A stretch of DNA of 64,000 bases from Octopus sinensis (lineage: Eukaryota), in contig NC_043007.1 of NCBI RefSeq assembly GCF_006345805.1, forward strand, positions 5,332,001 to 5,396,000, read 5' to 3'. The translations under genes and the position numbers were made by a program. Below are positions 1 through 27,935 of this stretch, piece after piece (within the stretch, counting starts at the first letter, position 1; the number at the start of each line of letters is the position of its first letter). The notes under the pieces were generated by a model. That model ran no database searches, was not told the origin of the DNA, and worked only from the letters and a program-made list of their open reading frames with translations.

Positions 1-398
1 TGTATGAATGTACATATGTTTTTTATGTATAAAACTTAGAAAGTATATATATGTTTGTGCAAGTTAGCTTTGCCGTTGAGGATGTCTTCCATTTATGTAA
101 ACTTAAACGACTACCCCCACCCCCCGGGATCATTTCAAGGAGAATTACTTATTTTCAGACTTTATGTTGCGAATAAATCAAAGAGAAATCGGTTCTGCCC
201 AAGAAAAACAAACAAAATCTATAAAAGTAAAGTCTTCTGCACGATATGATTGGTTCCATCAATGTCTAAACGAACCGAGGCGAATAATGGGAAACTATTT
301 AGTGGAACTGCAATCACCATTTATGAATCGGAGGTCAAGAACCATTCCAAGTCTGCTAATTTACTTTTACTCTTCGCTCTTATTCTTTCTAATTCTAG

Positions 399-15119
<14,721 letters not shown>

Positions 15120-15447
15120 AGAATTCCTCTGCAAGGAACGATCTTTCATAGAAACACACAGAAGAAGAAGGAGGAAAAAAAAAGAAAATGCAAAAAGATC
15201 TCGCGCGTTTCAAACTGGAAATTAAAAAAAATAAATAATAAACTGGAATAAAAATGTCTTTTTTGTATTATCTGAACATCTGTTGTTGTTTTATAAGATT
15301 CTGGTTGTGTTTATCATGTGTTTACATTTGGTGTTCGTAAAAACGCGTGGCTTAGTGGTTAGGGGGTGGGTGTTGGATTCATGATCGTAAGATTGTGATT
15401 TCGATTCCTGAACCGGGCAATGTTTGTGTTCTTGAGGAAAACACTTC

Positions 15448-15685
15448 ATGCTTGTTTCTTTACTACCCACAAGGGGCTAAACATAGAGTGGACAAACAAG
15501 GACAGACAAACGGATTAAGTCGATTACATCAACCCCAGTGCGTAACTGATACTTAATCTATCGACCCCGAAAGGATGAAAGACAAGGTCGACCTTGGCGG
15601 AATTTGAACTCAGAACGTAGCGACGGGCGAAATACCGCGAAGCACTTCGCCCGGCGTGCTAACGTCTCTGCCAGCTCGCCGCCTT
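15448..15685 (-). mobile_element. SINE, family B
   Basis: Reverse complement of the 30826 unit. Confidence 0.75.
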
Positions 15686-16384
15686 CAAAACACTTCATGT
15701 TGTCTCAAGCGTTCAGCTGGCAAAAACGAGTAATCTTACAATGAGGGTGATACGAACGTCACGCTAACTAGAAAACCCGACTCTTATGAGACGCTATGGC
15801 CCACAAAAGGAGATTTATCCTCATCCCTTTTTGTCTCTCTGGTTGTTGTTATTTGGTTTGTCCTGTGCCGGTGGCACGTAAAAAGCACCATCTGTACGTG
15901 GCCGATGCCAGCGTCTCCTTGACTGGCTTCTGTGCCGGTGGCACGTAAAAAGCACCAACCGATCATGGCCGCTGTCAGCCTCCCCTGGCACCTGTGCAGG
16001 TGACACGTAAAAAGCACCCACTACACTCAGGGAGTGGTTAGCGTTAGGAAAGGCATCCAGCTGTAGAAACACTGCCAGATCAGACTGGAGCCTGGTGCAG
16101 CTCCATGGCTTCCCATCAGACGTTAAACGATGATGATGAGGATGATGATCTTGCAAGAGTTTAGTCGTTCCATGCAGGAGGCAGTGGATGGAAATGAATA
16201 ACCCCATCAAACTTGTGTTGGGGAAGAGTGGTAAGTGAAGGCGACCGACATAACACGCAGACACACGTGTGTGAGTGACATGCTACGAATTACAGTTAAA
16301 TCTCACTCAAATCCTGCCAAAAGAAAATCATATTCCATAATGTAGTTGTAAATATACAAAATGATATCTGTCACAGCTTTAACC

Positions 16385-16598
16385 TATTTCTTTACTACCC
16401 TCAAGGGGCTAAACACAGAGAGGACAAGCAAGGACAGACAGAGGGATTAAGCCGATTGTATCGACCCCAGTGTGTAACTGGTACTTAATTTATCGACCCC
16501 GAAAGGATGAAAGGCAAAGTTGACCTCGGCGGAATTTGAACTCAGAACATAACGGCAGACGAAATACGGCTGCGCATTTCGCCCGGCGTGCTAACGTT
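16385..16598 (-). mobile_element. SINE, family B
   Basis: Near-identical to 15448-15685. Confidence 0.75.
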
Positions 16599-19500
16599 TA
16601 ACCATAGGTCATATCTAGCAGGGTGCAACACATGCGCGCGCACACACACACACACACATAATATTTTAAAATATTTGTGCGTGTGTGTGCTTCGCATGGA
16701 AGTGGTTAAATAGGAGAAAAGGCCTCTGGCGGTAAAAGACAATGGTTGCATAACGTGGAAGAAATAGCTGCCACGTCTCCTCCAAATAATCAGTTAACCC
16801 CACCTACACTCATAAGATTCATATTCCTAGATAGTGTGGTGGTGGTGGCGGTAGTGGGTTTCCATCTTTCAATGACGAGGATTCACTTGCTCAGTCAACG
16901 TGCTTATACAGACATCTCTGCCCTTAATGTAATTCATAGACAGAACCAGTGTGACACAATATGTATGACAAGACTGTCTCTTTAGAATTACAATCCACTC
17001 GATATGCTTCTGTACAGTTTCCGTCGACCAAATTTCACTGCTAAGGTATGGCTCGACCCGAGACTATAGAAAATGATATCACTCAAAATTTCCTACAGTG
17101 GAGTCGAAACTTGGGTCCTTGTGGTTGCGAAGCGAGCTTCTTAACCATTTGGTGATTCTGTTTGCGCTTGTAGTTCTATCTAGATATACTGTGACAAAAA
17201 ACGAAAGATGATGAGATCGTTATATATTGTTAGTTAAATATTATTTGTGTGTGATTTGACAATCATAGATATCAAGAAGTTTCGAGGCCTAGTTTGTCAA
17301 CACATTTTGCTACAGATTTTATTATATCCGAGTACTAGAATTATTTTTTCCAAAGATAGATGGAAGAAAATATTTTTCGAGTATCATTTTTGGTTTTGGG
17401 TATTTTCAGTTGAAACTTTATTCTAAAATGAAATAAATAAAAACTCGAATCTTGATGACTTTAATTCAATGTCACAACTGTCAAACAAGTTGAACAGAGC
17501 TCCAGTCTTCGTAGAACAATTTTTTCTACTTCTTCACTGAAGCAATATGAAAGGGAAAATGAAAAGATAAAAAAAAATGTTTAGTTGATAAAAATCTTTG
17601 AAATAAATGTCAAATTCTGTTTTTAGAGGCACTAAATTTTCAGAATAAATAAACGGTATAAAACCTTGTGAGTGATGCTGATGAGGAGTTTGGCAAAATA
17701 TGTCAGATGATCTCAATAAATGAAAACAAATAAAAGTTATTTAAGAAGGTTGCAATATTTCGGGAAAGATTTTCTTTTTACAAATAATCAAAGAATTTAG
17801 AGAACTGTGATGTTAATAGCCGGCTATTCTAAGTGTGTTGCTGAGTTTGAACATAAGAACTGTTCATTTATTGGTGCTCTTTAATTTCACTTGGAGAATT
17901 GATGTTTGGTTCCTTACTTTTGAAATTGAAAAATAAAGATTGAAATTCATTTTTGAAATCGTTAATAAATCTTAGCAGTTTACTTTTCGCCTTGCAAATT
18001 GAGATTTTATTTAAAAGAATTGTCACGTATTAACAAACTCTAATAAATAATTTATATAGCTACCGACTTTTGATTCCAAAACAATTGAACTGTGGGCAGA
18101 AGCTCCAAAAATCTGACATTCTACCTTTATTAGTGTGTGAACTTTTGTATCTAAAAGAAAAACCGACATAACTAGAACAGGTGCTTTCTAGGAATGTCTG
18201 AATATGCGGCATTACTGAGTCTTGGCTCTAAGTTCACAATTTTTAATAACTTCTTGCGTTGGTGTGTAACTTTGTTTTAGTGATATTATGAACTCGGAAT
18301 TTTTATCAAGAGACACAAATCCCTTGTTGCAAGTTCTAAAGCTTGGTATGGCGTCTGCAACGATTGGCTCCAGTATCAGTGATGGCGAACGGTAAAGAGG
18401 CAGTGATAATAATGGCTACAAGTATTCATTGCGTAAAATATCTTAGTTATTTTTATTAAAAAATGTGCATGGTTATTAAAGACAAAATACGTAGAAACAT
18501 GAGATTACTTTATCACAGAACTGACCGACCTCAGTAGCACTTGGGATTTTGAAACCCCAGCTTTTATAAAATTTTGTTATGCTTACAGAACTGTCGGTCA
18601 ATCTATTTTGGTGGAAAAATGCATAAAACTAAATTCAAGTCACTAACAATTTGGTTACACACCAGCCAAGTTTGATCAAACCAAGTTCACGTAGGCGTCA
18701 ATGTTTTTTACGGCTTTTGCTTTTTATGGCAATATAGTTGGGCTCTGATCCTAAGCAGCGGATCTGAGCAAGAGGATTCAAAATCAATAGAGACCTCACT
18801 CAGTATTTGCAAAGGGAAGCCATCCTTCCCATTGCAAATACTAATAGGGCACAGAAAGTGTGGTCAATGACCAGCTGGAGGAGGTGTCCTCTTGGGACTA
18901 CAAGCTACAGTAGCATCCACCCTTAGGGCTTAGCCACATTTAAGTGGCAAATATACTTCATGAGTAAATAATTAGTTAGTACAATAAAGAGAATAATACA
19001 AATATAAGTCATATATTACAGTAAAATCTACCTATAACAACAAATTCACAGTAAAATCTGCACGAGTTATTGCCTCAGGTATTGCCAAGTCTTCACATTT
19101 TTAGTCTTGACCCAATGCCTATTTTTTACATAATGAATTTACCTACCAAATATACTATTCTACTTTGCATGAAACTTTAGCTATATCGGTGCTTCTGGTT
19201 CTTATTTTTTAAAATATCGAGCAACCAGAAAGCAATTGGAAAGCATTTGCTCTAATTGCTACACTGGAAATGTTGCGGTAGCAAAGTTAACTTTTTGACC
19301 ACATGGCCATACCTGTACCTAATATATTGATAGCAAATCATTCCTTACGGTACCTGTTTCTCACTAAGGTATTTGTATTTGTGCAGAGGGTCAGAGGTCA
19401 TCATTGTGATAAACATTTGTGAAAGCAGATCGATAATTGAGACATGTCACGGAAATTCAAACGTCTTTGATAGAGAAACAATAGAGCACCAACAATGCGA

Positions 19501-19894
19501 TTAGAACAAGTAATTAACTCTACCAAACTAATTGGCTCCGAGTCTCCGTTTCAATTAATATAATTAATTCCAGTCACTCCAGTTGATAAACGAAAACCAA
19601 AAACAATTTTGAGAATGTGATAACAAAATGTCGGCACGGGAGTCAACAGCTTTGTCTTTAAGTCAACTAAGGAAGCTTCACTTGTTTAATTGACTTGCTA
19701 CAATTAGCAGCCAAATTTCCTTCAAATCAAAGGATATTCTACCGTCTTAAAAACATTTAATTTAGACTCTGAATAGGTGCGTAAGCCTGAGTATGTATAT
19801 ATATATGCATATAGATAGATAGATAAATAGATAGACAGACAGACAGACTGACAGAGACATTTAGACAGATAAATAGACAGACAGACAGACAGAC

Positions 19895-19947
<53 letters not shown>

Positions 19948-20748
19948 CACATATATACACATACGTGTACGTGTGTGTGTGTGTGTGTGTGTTTGATGAA
20001 AGATTTCCTTTAAATGTTATTTAATTATATAAACGATCTTTATGAAAAACAAAATGACATGAACCATTTAGAAAGAAGCTTTCGTATTGTAAGTGCTTTC
20101 ACTTACAGGTTTTCAGTCATACATGTTATAGGCTAATGTGTGTGAGTGTGTGTGTGTGGAGAGAGAGAGAGAGGGAGAAAGAGAGAAACAATTAGTTTTA
20201 AATCTCTGAGCGAGAAGTAAGTAATACCGGTACTACAGAGTAAAATCTATTTGCCAACGTAAAGCAGCAGCCCTGATTAGGACGATGTTACTATCCTTTT
20301 GTAGCCCCAGGAAAACATCTTTTCCAGCTGCGCCCTAATACTTCGAACAAGAGAGCTAATGTTTCCGCTTAGCCTTAAACGGTACCTCAGGATCATGGTT
20401 TCTGAGTTATTCCCCTTCATCGGCATTGGAAAAGGCACACTAGGTTTTGCTCGAGGTATACACTTTTAATATATGCACATATTAAATGAGGTAGTTTTGG
20501 TGAGACATTGTAAGTATAACTTAACTTTGAAGAAGGTTGTTGTGTAAGGCCGGAACAATGCGAGAAGATACAAAATAAACTACAAAGATACAAAGAAACT
20601 AACTACAGTATTAGAGATTTTTAGCTCTTATTTTTAGCAATACCCTAGTCATATTTAGCGACAATTATAGTTTTTCTTCTTAGTAAAACATTGCACACTG
20701 CTGTCCATATTAGATTATTATTATTACTATTATTATTATTGCATATAT

Positions 20749-21140
20749 GGCGCAGGAGTGGCTGTGTGGTAAGTAGCTTGTTTACCAACCACATGGTTCC
20801 GGGTTCAGTCCCACTGCGTGGCACTTTAGGCAACTGTCTTCTACTTTAGCCTCAGGCCGACCAAAGCCTTGTGAGTGGATTTGATAGACGGAAACTGAAA
20901 GAAGCCCGTCGTATATATGTATATATATGTATGTGCGTGTATGTTTGTGTGTCTGTGTTTGTCCCCCTAGCATTGCTTGACAACCGATGCTGGTGTGTTT
21001 ATGTCCACGTCACTTAGCGGTTCGGCAAAAGAGATCGATAGAATAAGTACTGGGCTTACAAAGAATAAGTCCCGGGGTCGAGTTGCTCGATTAAAGGCGG
21101 TGCTCCAGCATGGCCGCAGTCAAAATGACTGAAACAAGAG
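20749..21140 (+). mobile_element. tRNA-derived SINE, family A
   Basis: ggcgcaggagtggctgtgtggt (A box) ... ggttcagtccc (B box). Copies at 38945-39348(-), 40306-40705(+), 50690-51110(-); partial at 30376, 44225, 48559 and 51495. Confidence 0.8.
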
Positions 21141-21171
21141 AAAAAGAAAAAGAAAAGAAAGATATACGTGT

Positions 21172-21413
21172 AAACAGAAAGTAAGCAAGAAAAGACTGAA
21201 GATTTAGATTTGAACTCATAGTGGAGAGCTCTCCATCTCAGAGTAATAAAGCTGTTTGTTTTCTGTAATAAGAAATCCATGTAGAGGTCCCTAGGGGGAA
21301 ATTGGGATATTCTTTGTAGACGTACCCAAGAATTGCTTATTCATGAGTGTTATATAGAGAGCTCTCTATTATGACTTCAAATCTAAATTTTCAGTCTTTG
21401 CTTTTTTCTGTTT
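21172..21413. mobile_element. MITE-like element with ~55-bp imperfect TIRs
   Basis: aaacagaaa...aagactgaagatttagatttgaactcatagtggagagctctc versus its reverse complement at 21357-21413. Confidence 0.6.
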
Positions 21414-22275
21414 GTATGTATCATTCAACGACGATAATAGTTGAATAATATTCTGAAGGCCGCAATATACTCACAGCATTTTTCAGAGCTTGTCGCTAAT
21501 TCAGTTCTTAACCAAATTGAAAACTGTTAACATTTTTGAAGAGGACTGGCCCCTAGCTACATATTGGCATAATAAAATTGAGATTTGGTCCAGTAGAAAA
21601 AAGTTTACATCAAAATTTGTAGAAACGTTACTGGAAAGTAAGTAACGCCACCAATCAAGTTTAGATCTAAAAGCAAAATATATTTATCTTAGCTTTAATG
21701 ATAGAAGAAAACGTGAAGAACTTCATAGTTTTGGTTCCCTGCAACAAAAATCTGTATCAAAAACGTTGTGAGGTAAACCATCATGAAAAAATATAAGTAA
21801 GGCAAAAAATTGGATTTAAGCATGACTAACTTTTTTACTTATATAACAAAACAAAACTATATTTTAATTAAGCTTAAATGATAGAGCTCAATTTGAGGAA
21901 CTTCATGGTATCAATCTCACGCAAAGAGTTATGAGTGTTTCTCAAATTTGAGGGTGATAATACAGTTCTATACTTGTTATAAATATAGTTCTAGGGGACT
22001 TAATATATGATACCGGCATCATTGAGGTAACGAAAAATTTTTTTATTTGACACATTATTAATTAGCATAATAGCATAACTTGGAAAAAACATGAATTACA
22101 TGGAAAATGCGTGCAAGAGAAATAATAATCTTAAGATTATAAACATAGAAAAGTACAGGACAAGAAAAGTTTTACTTAAAATACTGCAGCTACGGATAAA
22201 ATTTGAATTATTTGATTTTAATTTACAAAGTAACATTACAATAAAAAAAGATACCATCATTTTGTTAAAATATTG

Positions 22276-22326
<51 letters not shown>

Positions 22327-22533
22327 TGTATATGCATAAAATGGTGGGTTGTATTGCATCTTTTGGAAGCAGTGAAAGAGGAACACTGTTTGCGATTTTT
22401 TCCTCCGTTTTCCCTTCTTTGGTCCTTTCCTTTTCCTATGTTTCCGACGAAGAGCTCCGCTCGAAACGTTAAACCCTCCTTCTTTCCATCTTTTCCGTTG
22501 TTGTGTTTTATTTTTGTGTTTTCATGTTTGGAT

Positions 22534-22573
<40 letters not shown>

Positions 22574-22653
22574 TTTGAGGGAATATTATTCCTAACTTAC
22601 AGGGAAAAATTCAATTTAGAAAAACTAAATCAAATTTTACAAAATATAATACA

Positions 22654-23017
22654 CTAGCACTATGACCTGGCAACGCCAGGTCTTAGTGCTAGTGCATGCA
22701 TATACAGCTGCGTGCGTGCGCACATACACGCGAGTACTGTCCAAATCTCTGACCAATCACATACAGCTAGCTGGCATTCAATTGGCATATCAAGTTTCGG
22801 GCATTTTGATTGGGTTTTGGATAGAAAATTCACAAAAATATCACTTCTATTGATTTTCTAATGGCTTTGCGGGGTGACTGGAGAAATGTAAAGATATGCA
22901 CGACGATCCGGGGACGGTTTTGAATGACCATCGAAAGTGCGAGCCCTCTAACTGAAAAATTGTGGATTTGTATAAAGGACACACACACAGACATTTTGCC
23001 ATTTATATATATGGAGA
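22654..23017 (-). mobile_element. Non-autonomous Helitron
   Basis: 5' TC, subterminal hairpin gacctggc-gtt-gccaggtc, 3' CTAG, inserted in an A^T dinucleotide. Confidence 0.7.
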
Positions 23018-23399
23018 TACTGGAGATATCTACCATGTCATGTGTTGCACTTCAGGGAAAGGGTAGCAATATAACGACTTTTATAGTAAAGTATGTACAA
23101 ACCTGACTGGTGTGGGGGCCAAAATATTTGAATGAATTAAATTTATAATCTTACTTATGGCGACAAATGTTATCTTATTGACTAATTATAATCAAGAGAA
23201 CGCAGTGGAGAATGAGTTTGGTATTTGACAGTACAGTTACAACTATGGTCATGTTTCAGATTTATTAAACCTCTTCTAGGAGTTATAATCTAACTGTTTT
23301 GCTAGATTAGAGGTGGTTTTGAGTTGACTGGTTGATTATTTGGCTCATGGTTTCAGCTAAGCTGATATTAAAAAGAATGATAGATATACACAAAGATGG

Positions 23400-23765
23400 T
23401 ATTAAGACTGTACATGTGGTAGTTTTCTGTGGTGTTGAGTCAGTTGTCTGTACTTCGTTGGTGTAAAGTGATCCTTGTTCTTGATCAAGATTTGTAACAA
23501 CTTCCTCTCTTTTTTCAAAGTAGGGTCTTCTTTTACTTTATTGTAGCTACCATCACTTATCAGACTTGCCAATTTTTCCGAGTAGTCAGACTTCTTCATC
23601 ACCACTGTAGCATTCCCCTTGTCTGCTGGAAGTATTATGATGGAATTGTCACTCTGTAGTCTTTTGACAGTGAACGTTTCTTCCTTAGTGATGTTTGGTT
23701 TGGGAAGTTTTGGTTTCCCTAGTACCTGTTTCACTTTCCACCTTAGTTCGATTCCAGGCAGTGAC
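23400..23765 (-). mobile_element. Penelope-like element RT N-terminal fragment
   Basis: NITKEE...IIILPADKGNATVVM...Y...DPT motif in ORF 23402..23890. Confidence 0.8.
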
Positions 23766-23784
23766 CTGAATAATAATAATAATG

Positions 23785-23832
<48 letters not shown>

Positions 23833-23859
23833 TAATAATAATAATAATAATAACAATAA

Positions 23860-24095
23860 TAATATTCAGACAAATACATAACAAAAACACCAGGACTTAC
23901 AAACACATATAACATACAGAAAATTGCACTACTAGGCACTGCACACATCCTACGCAGAACACTTTCCATACAATAACCATCAGAGCATCACAACAAATCA
24001 CAGCACATACCCAAGGCACACAGAGCTGTGCTCGGTAGTGAAGTGAAAGCACGCTATAAAAATAAAACTACTGAATAATAACAATAATAATATCA
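23860..24095 (+). mobile_element. R4/Dong-like extreme 3' end between AAT runs
   Basis: NIQKIALLGTAHILRRTLSI* frame (cagaaaattgcactactaggcactgcacacatcctacgcagaacactttcc), the usual RLE-element terminus. Confidence 0.65.
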
Positions 24096-24299
24096 AATAC
24101 CTTAGGAATGAGAACCTAGGTTTGAAATTGCCCCAAGACACCTGATGAAGGCTTGAGAGTATATCAGCTGAAATGTGTATCCCTCAAATGTAAATAATGT
24201 GTGTGTATGTATGTGTGTGTGTGTATATGAATGTATGTATGTATGTTCTTCTCTTTCTCACTTTTGTTTCAGAGTAAATTTTGACTGGCCACCAACTTC

Positions 24300-25200
24300 T
24301 TAGCAAGGTTAGGCATCTTGTTTCAACCACCATCCTTTAAATCTTAAGAAAGTCTTGCAAATTCTTATAATCCCAGATACCAAGATTATTCGTAGCATAT
24401 GAATCAAGGATTTGCATTCTCTCCCCGAGATTCCAAGTTCAGCCATACTTTGCTCCAGATGGGTCGGTATGTATCCTGTTGCTCTATTAATAACAGCCAT
24501 GAAGCTGAAAGTGTATCTTGGAGACTGGATTTTCAAATTCCTTATCAATGGTCCATAGATGTCCTCTTTCTCTGCTATTTTTCTAACCACATTCATGTCC
24601 AGCTGATTTCACAACAGAACATTTTTTGTGGTTCCACACGACAATATCTGGCTGGTTGTGTTATAACTTGGTGGCTGCTATAAATTTAAAGTTCCACCAA
24701 TATTCTTTTGATCCATCGATCTAAATACGGTCAACTTTGTAGGTATTTTATGCCTCATGGGAAGATAATATCTGGAAGACATTCTCTCACAGATATACTG
24801 TGGTTGATATCTTTAGTCTGTCAACGGTTTTTGCCTTGTATACTATGGGTAGATGTTGGGGATCTCTCGTTCTTAGACAGCATGGAATGTAGCTTTCAAA
24901 GTGGGATGTCATAAACTCAATGCCAAACTTTTGACATGTTCAGTCCCTTCTGTGGTTTGAGTTTTACATGCCAAGGACCCATGCACAATCGTTTTCCTGA
25001 ACTCTTCCATTTTTTCTGTTGTTCTGATAAATAGATTTTTATCAATGCTCCTTGGGCAAAGACCTGTATCAGCTGTTTTTTCAGACCTCTCCTAAAGGTC
25101 ATTATCCATCTTAATTATGTTGTTGCTTTCATGGTCACAAACTTAGACAAGATAGTTACTGCTCTCCTTTCCTCAGCTGCTGATGTGGTTTCAGTGTCAC
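24300..25200 (-). mobile_element. R4/Dong-like degenerate fragment
   Basis: Minus-strand remnants: post-RT region, DHIIT-like finger, YTFSFMAVINRATGYIP...IIRICKTFLRF. Confidence 0.6.
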
Positions 25201-25276
25201 AATCCTTACTTCATATGACAAGTACAAATTTGAGACCAAGGCCACCATCTCTGTGTGGGAAGTATAACCTGTCTAC

Positions 25277-25277
<1 letters not shown>

Positions 25278-25307
<30 letters not shown>

Positions 25308-25387
25308 TGTATGTATGTATGTATGTATGTATGTATGTATGTATGTATGTATGTATGTATGTGTGTATGTATGTATGTATGTATGTA

Positions 25388-25422
<35 letters not shown>

Positions 25423-25470
25423 ATGTATGTATGTATGTATGTATATATGCATGTATATATGTATGTATGT
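25278..25470. repeat. (TATG)n microsatellite
   Basis: Read directly. Confidence 0.95.
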
Positions 25471-25474
25471 ATGA

Positions 25475-26900
25475 TACTTACTTTGATACTTTGATAGGTT
25501 TCGGCCATTATTGGCCCAGGCCATGTCTAACTTAATAGCACCACCTGGTGAAGTCTTTCAAGTCAGAATTTGGGCACTATGGCCCACTCAAGTAGAGAGT
25601 TATTGTTTACAGAGACATATCCGGGTGTAGGGGGTTTATCCGGATTTCTTGAAGGAATCTGTCCAAGACTTCTTGAACCCTATAGGGTCAGTTTCTGTTT
25701 TAATGTGTTTTGGTGTAATGTTAAAGAGAGCGGGGCCAATTGAGGTGAAATAATTGTGCCGTATTGTTGTTATGAGATGAGAGTGCGATTTTTGTTTTGG
25801 GCGGATGGCACGGGGCCCAAGCCTTGGATGTACCTTAAAGGTGATGCCAACATCATTTGGGCAATGCTGATGGAATATTTTCCACATCATGCAGATGATG
25901 TAGCGCTCACGACGACGTTGGAGAGAATAGAGTTTTAGCTTTTCTAGTCGACCCCAATAGTCGAGGTCTGTCATGCCATCTATCTTTTTTGTGATTGCCC
26001 TTTGAGGTGCTTCAACTTTTATGATACCTTGTATTGTGTGGGGAGACCACAGTGGACAACAGTATTCAAGGTGGGGTCGGGCAAAAGTGGAGAAGAGAAG
26101 GATAATGGTGTGGATATCTCTCGACTGGAAAGTTCTGAGAATCCAGGAACACATTCTGCGGGCCATGTCAACTTTGGTGTTTATATGAGTGGCCCAGCTT
26201 ACGTTGTTGTCCACAATTACTCCCAAGTCTCTGATGTTGTTGGACGCCGTGAGAGTTTCACCTGAAGGAAGGGAGTATGGGAGTTTCAGGGCATCCTCTT
26301 TTCCAAAGTGGATTAGCTCAAATTTATCCTCGTTCAGCAGCATATTGTTTTTTTCTGCCCATTGGATAACAGCCAGTAGATCTGACTGAAGGCATGTCCG
26401 GTCACTCGCCTCATTTATGACCTTCTGTAGCTTGGAGTCATCTGCAAAGATTTTATGTTGCTGTGCTTGATGATGTCATTAATGTCATTAATGTAAATGA
26501 TGAAAAGAAGTGGGCCCAGCACAGTGCCTTGCGGAACGCCACTACTGACTTTGGCTGGGCTTGATTTTACCCCTTCAACTACAACATGTTGAGATCTGTC
26601 TGTCAGGAAACACTTAATCCATTTCAGTAACTTTCCAGAGACACCAATGTTGGATAGTTTTTTCAATAGGATCTTGTGATCGACCCTGTCGAAGGCCTTA
26701 CTGAAATCAAGGTAGATGACATCGGTGTTGGAGCCCTCTCCAAAGCTCTCAAAATGTCCTCAAAGTGATGCAGGAGCTGCGTTAGGCAGTCCCTTCCATT
26801 ACGGAACCCATGTTGGTTGGAGATCAGCCGTCTGTTGCTTCCAGAAATTGGGTTATTCGAGATCTCACCACCCTCTCAAATACCTTGATGATATGAGAGG
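25475..26900 (-). mobile_element. 5'-truncated CR1-like LINE (RT to 3' tail), frameshifted
   Basis: ORFs 26415..26666 and 25636..26343 (SGVPQGTVLGP, RPHLEYCCPLWSP); (aagtatc)-type tail; flanked on both sides by (TATG)n. Confidence 0.9.
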
Positions 26901-26917
26901 TGAGTGAGATCGGACGG

Positions 26918-27069
26918 TGTATGTATGTATGTATGTATGTATGTATGTATGTATGTATGTATGTATGTATGTATGTATGTATGCATGCATGCATGCATGT
27001 ATGTATGTATGTATGTATGTATGTATGTATGTATGTATGTATGTATGTGTGTATGTATGTATGTATGTA

Positions 27070-27104
<35 letters not shown>

Positions 27105-27127
27105 ATGTATGTATGTATATATGTATG

Positions 27128-27161
<34 letters not shown>

Positions 27162-27205
27162 TGTATGTATGTATGTATGTATGTGTGTATGTATGTATGT
27201 ATGTA

Positions 27206-27238
<33 letters not shown>

Positions 27239-27265
27239 ATGTATGTATGTATGTATATATGTATG

Positions 27266-27299
<34 letters not shown>

Positions 27300-27425
27300 T
27301 GTATGTATGTATGTATATATGTATGTATGTATATATATATGTATGTATATATGTATGTATGTATGTTTGTTATGTATGTATGTGCATTTTTATGAGTATG
27401 TATGTATTTACGTATATGTATATGT
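26918..27425. repeat. (TATG)n microsatellite
   Basis: Read directly; source of the spurious MYVC/HTYI ORFs. Confidence 0.95.
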
Positions 27426-27548
27426 ATATATGTGTGCACATACATTGTTGTGTATTTATGAGAATGCAATTGAAATTGATGTACCAGGAACCTATACAGC
27501 CCCCAGCTGATGGAGTGAGGGTGTATATTGTTTACAGCTAACAGAATT

Positions 27549-27590
27549 CATATATAAAATGGTTGTGCACTATCACCTTTCACAGTTTAT
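27549..27590 (+). promoter_or_regulatory. Candidate TATA box (TATATAAAA) and initiator-like site upstream of lipase 2
   Basis: tatataaaa near 27551 with tcacagttt about 30 nt downstream, ~300 nt before the ATG; motif match only. Confidence 0.3.
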
Positions 27591-27880
27591 GAGAAACTTA
27601 GCAGATGGAAATTGAAAAAGATAGCAGATTTTAGATAAACCCATATCCTGGAAATATGCAAAGGAGGAAACCTCATTTTTTTTATATTATCATTTAGACA
27701 TAGAAATCAAAAGCTCAAGCATTCGGTTCTATTCTCATAGTATTTTGTTTACCATAAAAATAGGTCAGAAGAGAAAATATAAGGAAAAAATATGAACTCT
27801 TACGTCAATAAATATTATGCAATTTTCAAGGAATTCTTTATTAGTTGTTTAATTTTCATTCAATTGCATTCACCACAGAC

Positions 27881-27935
27881 ATGAAGTTTTTTCTTTGTTT
27901 TACCATTCTTTTTAATATTTTCTTCATTGTTGAAG
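27881..27935 (+). CDS. Lipase 2 exon 1, signal peptide (MKFFLCFTILFNIFFIVE)
   Basis: ATG, hydrophobic run, gaag|gtaaga phase-1 donor matching the next exon. Confidence 0.85.

Noticed and set aside
55-398. Short ORFs upstream of the first lipase exon as a candidate earlier exon
   Set aside because: No similarity to lipase 2 exon 3 (no HGF motif)
17340-17570. Possible duplicate last exon after the duplicated intron block
   Set aside because: No FC...CP frame found after any AG
20749-20830. tRNA genes (A/B boxes here and at the other SINE heads)
   Set aside because: No complete cloverleaf; each continues into a SINE body repeated across the window
25206-27541. MYVC/HTYI/IYLS/poly-I ORFs here and throughout the window
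   Set aside because: Microsatellite translations
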